Assembly: GCA_043814095.1 (NCBI GenBank)
Contig: JBDRKI010000025.1
Location: 1 to 11,081, forward strand
Length of the DNA: 11,081 bases
DNA from: Armatimonadota bacterium
GTDB lineage: Bacteria; Vulcanimicrobiota; JACPDS01; JBDRKI01
Direction: 5' to 3'
The position numbers and the translations under genes were made by a program. The notes under the pieces are model-generated. The model was not told the origin of the DNA. It saw nothing but the letters and a program-made list of their open reading frames with translations, and did not search any database. Below, in pieces: positions 7,270-11,081 of the stretch; the first letter of the stretch is position 1, and every line of letters begins with the position of its first letter.

Positions 7270-8337
7270 TTATACCCCGGCCTTTTCCTCAAGAGCTTTT
7301 TCTAAAGATACAGTTTTATTTGATTCTGCCTTCTCATACTCGCTTTTTATATAATCAAAAAGCTTCCCCGCAAAATCAGAATAAAGGTTTATGCGCGAGA
7401 AATCTATTTTCTGTGAGACAATATACTGCAAACGCAGGGCATCCGTACCTCTTAAAAAATTAGGTATAACCCCTATAAAGAAAAAGCCTAAGCTTTCAAA
7501 AAACTTACAGTATGAAGGAGTAAGCAGGTCATTTAACGGAAGATCAAGGTGAATTGTATCTATCTCTTTAGATAAAATCTCCTCTACTGTCCTTTTAAAT
7601 ACATCTTTAGAGTCTTTCCCGTACTTGAAAATACCTATCCATGAACATGCCCATTTAGGGGATATACGGTAATTAAAATCGGTATTTTCAGAAAGTGAAC
7701 CTTCAGCTTCCGATATGAATACTCTGTCTGTCTTTAGATTAGAATATATCTTCTCTATAATCTTATAATGATCTTCGGGAAGATATACCTTATGTATATT
7801 ATCATCCTTTAGATGCTTAAAAAATACAATTATTGTCTCTCTCTGGGGATATTTATCCTCACCGGGTATATTGGTAAAGGTAAGTCCCGGAGGGACATAT
7901 CCTAAATCTATACAGCATTCCCTTGAACCGAACTCATAATTAACTCTCTGGCTGTAGGTATGAGTAGTAACAGGAGCACTGTAAAGACCGGCAAGGCCCA
8001 TAGATGAAGCTTTCTTCTCAAGCAGGACTCTCATCCTTTTCATAAGCCCCCGCTTCCTGTGAAGAGGATCAACAGCAGCCTGGCCCAGCTCCCCTAATCT
8101 TGATTCAACATTCTCTATGATTATGCAGTAATGGCCTACAACTTCCCCGTCTTTTGTCTTGGCGACTACAGATACCATCTCACCTGTTTTATTAAGATGA
8201 GCTATCCTTCTAGGCTCATACACCTCATGGGTAGGATAGTTCCTGCCATAGGTACGGAGCATACAGTTAGTAACCCCGGGAGCATCAGAAGGTGTCATTA
8301 TTTCTACTATATATTCTTCCTTATTTAAAGAATTCAT
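7270..8337 (-). CDS. GNAT-family acyltransferase, probably with a second degenerate GNAT-like domain
   Basis: GEVVGH strand and acyl-CoA-binding motif ELGQAAVDPLHRKRGL in the N half; a GNAT-like C-terminal FESLGFFFIG. AGGAG at 8355-8351. Confidence 0.8.
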   Translation of the reverse strand: MNSLNKEEYIVEIMTPSDAPGVTNCMLRTYGRNYPTHEVYEPRRIAHLNKTGEMVSVVAKTKDGEVVGHYCIIIENVESRLGELGQAAVDPLHRKRGLMKRMRVLLEKKASSMGLAGLYSAPVTTHTYSQRVNYEFGSRECCIDLGYVPPGLTFTNIPGEDKYPQRETIIVFFKHLKDDNIHKVYLPEDHYKIIEKIYSNLKTDRVFISEAEGSLSENTDFNYRISPKWACSWIGIFKYGKDSKDVFKRTVEEILSKEIDTIHLDLPLNDLLTPSYCKFFESLGFFFIGVIPNFLRGTDALRLQYIVSQKIDFSRINLYSDFAGKLFDYIKSEYEKAESNKTVSLEKALEEKAGV

Positions 8338-8382
8338 ATTTTATTTAATTCTCCTAATATTATATATATTTAAACCTGCTCA

Positions 8383-8411
8383 AATATATATTATTAATAT
8401 ATAAATTGCAA
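8383..8411 (-). promoter_or_regulatory. Putative sigma70 promoter of the GNAT-luxE-MFS-luxC operon
   Basis: On the minus strand: TTGCAA (8411-8406), 17 bp, TATATT (8388-8383), within the 102-bp AT-rich gap. It is overlapped by an AT-only inverted repeat (8362-8371/8382-8391). Confidence 0.5.
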
Positions 8412-8439
8412 GTTATAAATAAGTGATAAAAATAAAAAT

Positions 8440-11081
8440 TTAAGTAATATAGTTGTTTTTAAAGAAATTAAACCCTAATATCTTACCTTCTCTTTTCAAC
8501 TCTTCCCATTTTTTAAGAAGCTCCATAAGATCTTTTTTGTTTTTAAGGCGGAATATTTTAGGCAATTCAGTCAGCTCTCTCCTTATGCTTTTTACGCTGT
8601 TAGATGTTTTCATCTTTTCCATGAATATTTTTTCCGCAAGAGCTTTTATATTGGTTTCAAATAATTCTACATACCCATCCGGATTTTTAGATAACTTATC
8701 GAGCAACTCAACCCGCATAGGAGACAAAGGAAACCGTTTTCTCATTATACCAAGACGGACCTTGCCTTTATCCAACAGCTCTTTATACTTATCTAGCAAA
8801 TCTTTTAATCCGTCCGCATTAAATCTTTCCTCAAGCACGGTTAATTCATGTCTGACAGTTGTTTCACTCCCGCTTGTCCTCATGCCCTTTTTATCCTCTC
8901 CCAGCAATTTAGCCACAATAGCTACATAATCATTATCTATCAACTTTTTGTATTCCTCAAAATTTTCGGAAAGTTTTTCCAATATCTCAACCTGCATAGG
9001 AGTTAAAGGAATCTGAGTTCTAATTACACCAAGATTAACCTCGTTTTTATCAACAAGCTCTTTATACTTACCAAGCAAATCATCTAAACTATCCGCATTA
9101 AATCTGCTTTTAATTATACATAATTTTATCTGTATATTTTCTTTACTTTTTGTCGTTTTAATTTTTCCCTCGAACATTTTTTTTGCAAGATCCTTATAAT
9201 TTACATTATCAAACAACTCTCTATATTCCCCGGTATTTTTGACAAGTTCCTCCAGTATCTCAGTTTGCAACGGCCCTAGAGGAAGGGATCTTCTCAACAT
9301 GCCTAAATTAAGTTCATCTCCATTAACCAATCCTTTATATTTGCCCAATAAATCATCCAGGTTGCTTGAGTTAAATATGTCTTTAAGGCTGACTAATTCA
9401 TTCCTCACGGTGTTTTTGCTGTTTGTTGTCCTCATGCCATCAGTAATTAATTTTTCCACAAGGGCAGTATATTTTGCATGACTAAACAGAGCTCTGTATT
9501 TTTTGGGATTCCCAGATAATTTTTCCAGTATTTCAACTTGTACGGAATTCAAACAAACCTGTCTTTTCATCTTTCCTAAATCAACCTCTCCCCTATCTAC
9601 CAGTTCTTTATGCTTACCAAGCAAATCATCTAAACTATCTGCATTAAACCTGCTTTTAAGAATAGCCAGTTCATTTCGTATTGTCCCCTCACTATCCGTA
9701 GTTTTCATTTTTTCTCTAAGAAGTTTCTGCGCCATAACAGTATAATTTAAGTTATCAAACAAGCTCCTGTATGCTTCAGTGTTTTCTGCAAGTTTCTCTA
9801 GCATCTCAATCTCGACAGATCCTAAAGGAATTCTGGTTTTTATTACACCTAGATTAACTTCTCCTTTATTAACAAAGTCTCTATACTTGTCCAATAAATC
9901 ATCCAGACTATTCACATTAAGTTTATTTTTAAGGTCAACTAACTCACTACGAATACTCCATTTACTGTTTATGGTTTTCATATCTTCCTCGGCCAGTTTT
10001 CCGGCAACAACTTTATAACCCTCATCATCAAATATTTCTCTATATTTCTCAGCATTCTTGGCAAGTTTATCCAGTATCTCAACTTGTGCAGAAGAAAAAG
10101 GCATTCGCATTCTCATTACACCTAGATTAACTTGATCTTTATGAACAAGTTCTTCATATCTGCCGATTAATTCAACTAAATTTTCCGTATTAAACCTGTT
10201 TTTAAGGCTAAGTAATTCATTACGGAGGCTCTCTTCACTGCCTGAGGTTATCATTTTTTCCTGTAGCAGCTTTCTCGCAAGAGTAGTCATATTTGCTTCA
10301 AATAAATACCTGTATTCTTCCGGCTTTTCAGAAAGCTTCTCAAGCATCTCAACCTGTACAGAAGTTAAAGGAAGCTGTTTTTTTAAGTATCTGGCAGGAA
10401 GCCTGCCCTTTTCCTTAAACATTTTCCAGTCCTTAACTATATCAAACAGATCATTTGTTCTAAAAATTTTAAATAAATCTAAAAAATTATTCTTTAAAGT
10501 TCCTACAGATGTTTTTATATTGTAGCCATTATTAAGATCACCAGTTATTATTCTGGAAATATCTGTAACCTGCATACCTTTAAATCTATCTGTACCAAAC
10601 TTTTCCAGAATATCTAAAATATAATACATTAACGGTTTTTTAGGAATCTTGTAAAAACGGCCTGTACTCTGATATGCCTGCCATGATTTCCTTATATCCT
10701 TTATCTTCTTTAATTTCAGCTTTTTCATTATTCCTTTAAGCCTGCCAACTATAACCTCAGCATCATATCCGCTAATGTTCTCTATTAATCTAGGAAAAGG
10801 GGCATACTCTCCGCCTTCTATTCTTAATTCAATCTTGCCTTCGGCAAAAACATCTTGAAGAAGCTCTATTTCAATCTCATCCAACGTAATCTCCTGGGGC
10901 TCAAATTCCCTCGGATGTTCTAATAGCCAGCTGGAGGCAGGGCTCATAGGAACAGGATTAGCAGGTGGTGCCGCATTACCGCTCATTGCCATATTAACAG
11001 GAGTTACAGGCCTAGAAGCTGCATCCATCACAGGAACAGACAATCCCTCGACAGTTACAGGCCTTGGAATAATACCCAGAC
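8440..11081 (-). CDS. Large tandem-repeat protein (at least ~860 aa) of ~91-aa units resembling LuxR/GerE-type HTH domains; 5' end probably outside the window
   Basis: The frame is open from the stop at 8442-8440 to the window edge (LGIIPRPVTVEG precedes the track's TTG at 11043). A Pro-rich linker is followed by 2 degenerate and 7 clear repeat units. Confidence 0.85.
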   Translation of the reverse strand, partial: LGIIPRPVTVEGLSVPVMDAASRPVTPVNMAMSGNAAPPANPVPMSPASSWLLEHPREFEPQEITLDEIEIELLQDVFAEGKIELRIEGGEYAPFPRLIENISGYDAEVIVGRLKGIMKKLKLKKIKDIRKSWQAYQSTGRFYKIPKKPLMYYILDILEKFGTDRFKGMQVTDISRIITGDLNNGYNIKTSVGTLKNNFLDLFKIFRTNDLFDIVKDWKMFKEKGRLPARYLKKQLPLTSVQVEMLEKLSEKPEEYRYLFEANMTTLARKLLQEKMITSGSEESLRNELLSLKNRFNTENLVELIGRYEELVHKDQVNLGVMRMRMPFSSAQVEILDKLAKNAEKYREIFDDEGYKVVAGKLAEEDMKTINSKWSIRSELVDLKNKLNVNSLDDLLDKYRDFVNKGEVNLGVIKTRIPLGSVEIEMLEKLAENTEAYRSLFDNLNYTVMAQKLLREKMKTTDSEGTIRNELAILKSRFNADSLDDLLGKHKELVDRGEVDLGKMKRQVCLNSVQVEILEKLSGNPKKYRALFSHAKYTALVEKLITDGMRTTNSKNTVRNELVSLKDIFNSSNLDDLLGKYKGLVNGDELNLGMLRRSLPLGPLQTEILEELVKNTGEYRELFDNVNYKDLAKKMFEGKIKTTKSKENIQIKLCIIKSRFNADSLDDLLGKYKELVDKNEVNLGVIRTQIPLTPMQVEILEKLSENFEEYKKLIDNDYVAIVAKLLGEDKKGMRTSGSETTVRHELTVLEERFNADGLKDLLDKYKELLDKGKVRLGIMRKRFPLSPMRVELLDKLSKNPDGYVELFETNIKALAEKIFMEKMKTSNSVKSIRRELTELPKIFRLKNKKDLMELLKKWEELKREGKILGFNFFKNNYIT
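8443..10377 (-). repeat. Seven intragenic tandem units with a 270-279 bp period (90, 91, 91, 91, 91, 93 aa; last unit 98 aa to the stop)
   Basis: Units start on the minus strand at 10377, 10107, 9834, 9561, 9288, 9015 and 8736. Consensus PLxxxQVEILEKL..N...YRxLF....Y..xAxKL....MxT..Sxx(T/S)(I/V)RNEL..LKxRFN..(S/N)LDDLLxKYxELVxxxEVNLG. Two diverged units start near 10893 and 10641. Confidence 0.95.

Noticed and set aside
8362-8391. Inverted repeat ATATATATTT-N10-AAATATATAT as a terminator
   Set aside because: The stem is AT-only and low complexity, too weak for an intrinsic terminator. An operator role is possible but unsupported.
1563-10018. The remaining short ORFs in the track, including the periodic plus-strand ORFs at 8453-10018
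   Set aside because: All are antisense shadows of well-supported genes. The periodic ones simply mirror the 273-bp repeat.
8443-10377. CRISPR array or non-coding repeat array
   Set aside because: The period is 270-279 bp, in frame, degenerate at the DNA level and conserved at the protein level, so this is a coding repeat. No cas genes are present.
8440-11081. Quorum-sensing LuxR regulator controlling the adjacent LuxC/LuxE-like genes
   Set aside because: No autoinducer-binding or receiver domain is visible and the shared 'Lux' naming is coincidental. Nothing beyond adjacency links the two loci, and the operon has its own predicted promoter.

Overview
AT-rich bacterial window with three parts. 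(1) A tightly coupled minus-strand operon encodes a GNAT acyltransferase (7270-8337), a LuxE-like acyl-protein synthetase (6155-7267), an MFS exporter (4950-6155) and a LuxC-like acyl-thioester reductase fused to a PaaK-like adenylation domain (2309-4936). A second, co-oriented PaaK-like ligase (1-890, cut by the window edge, missing from the ORF track) lies beyond it. No luxAB or luxD is visible, so this looks like a non-luminescent acid-activation/reduction/export pathway with an unknown substrate. (2) A plus-strand DUF4172-type Fic gene (1162-2298) with different codon usage sits between the fusion gene and the second ligase; it has its own sigma70 promoter and a palindromic operator. (3) A large minus-strand ORF (8440 to the window edge) is built from 7 well-conserved and 2 degenerate ~91-aa units. 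Each unit resembles an expanded LuxR/GerE-type helix-turn-helix with a variable recognition helix, suggesting a modular multi-HTH DNA-binding protein. This array and the orphan LuxC/LuxE cluster are the most interesting signals. All family calls come from motifs read by eye; no database searches were run.
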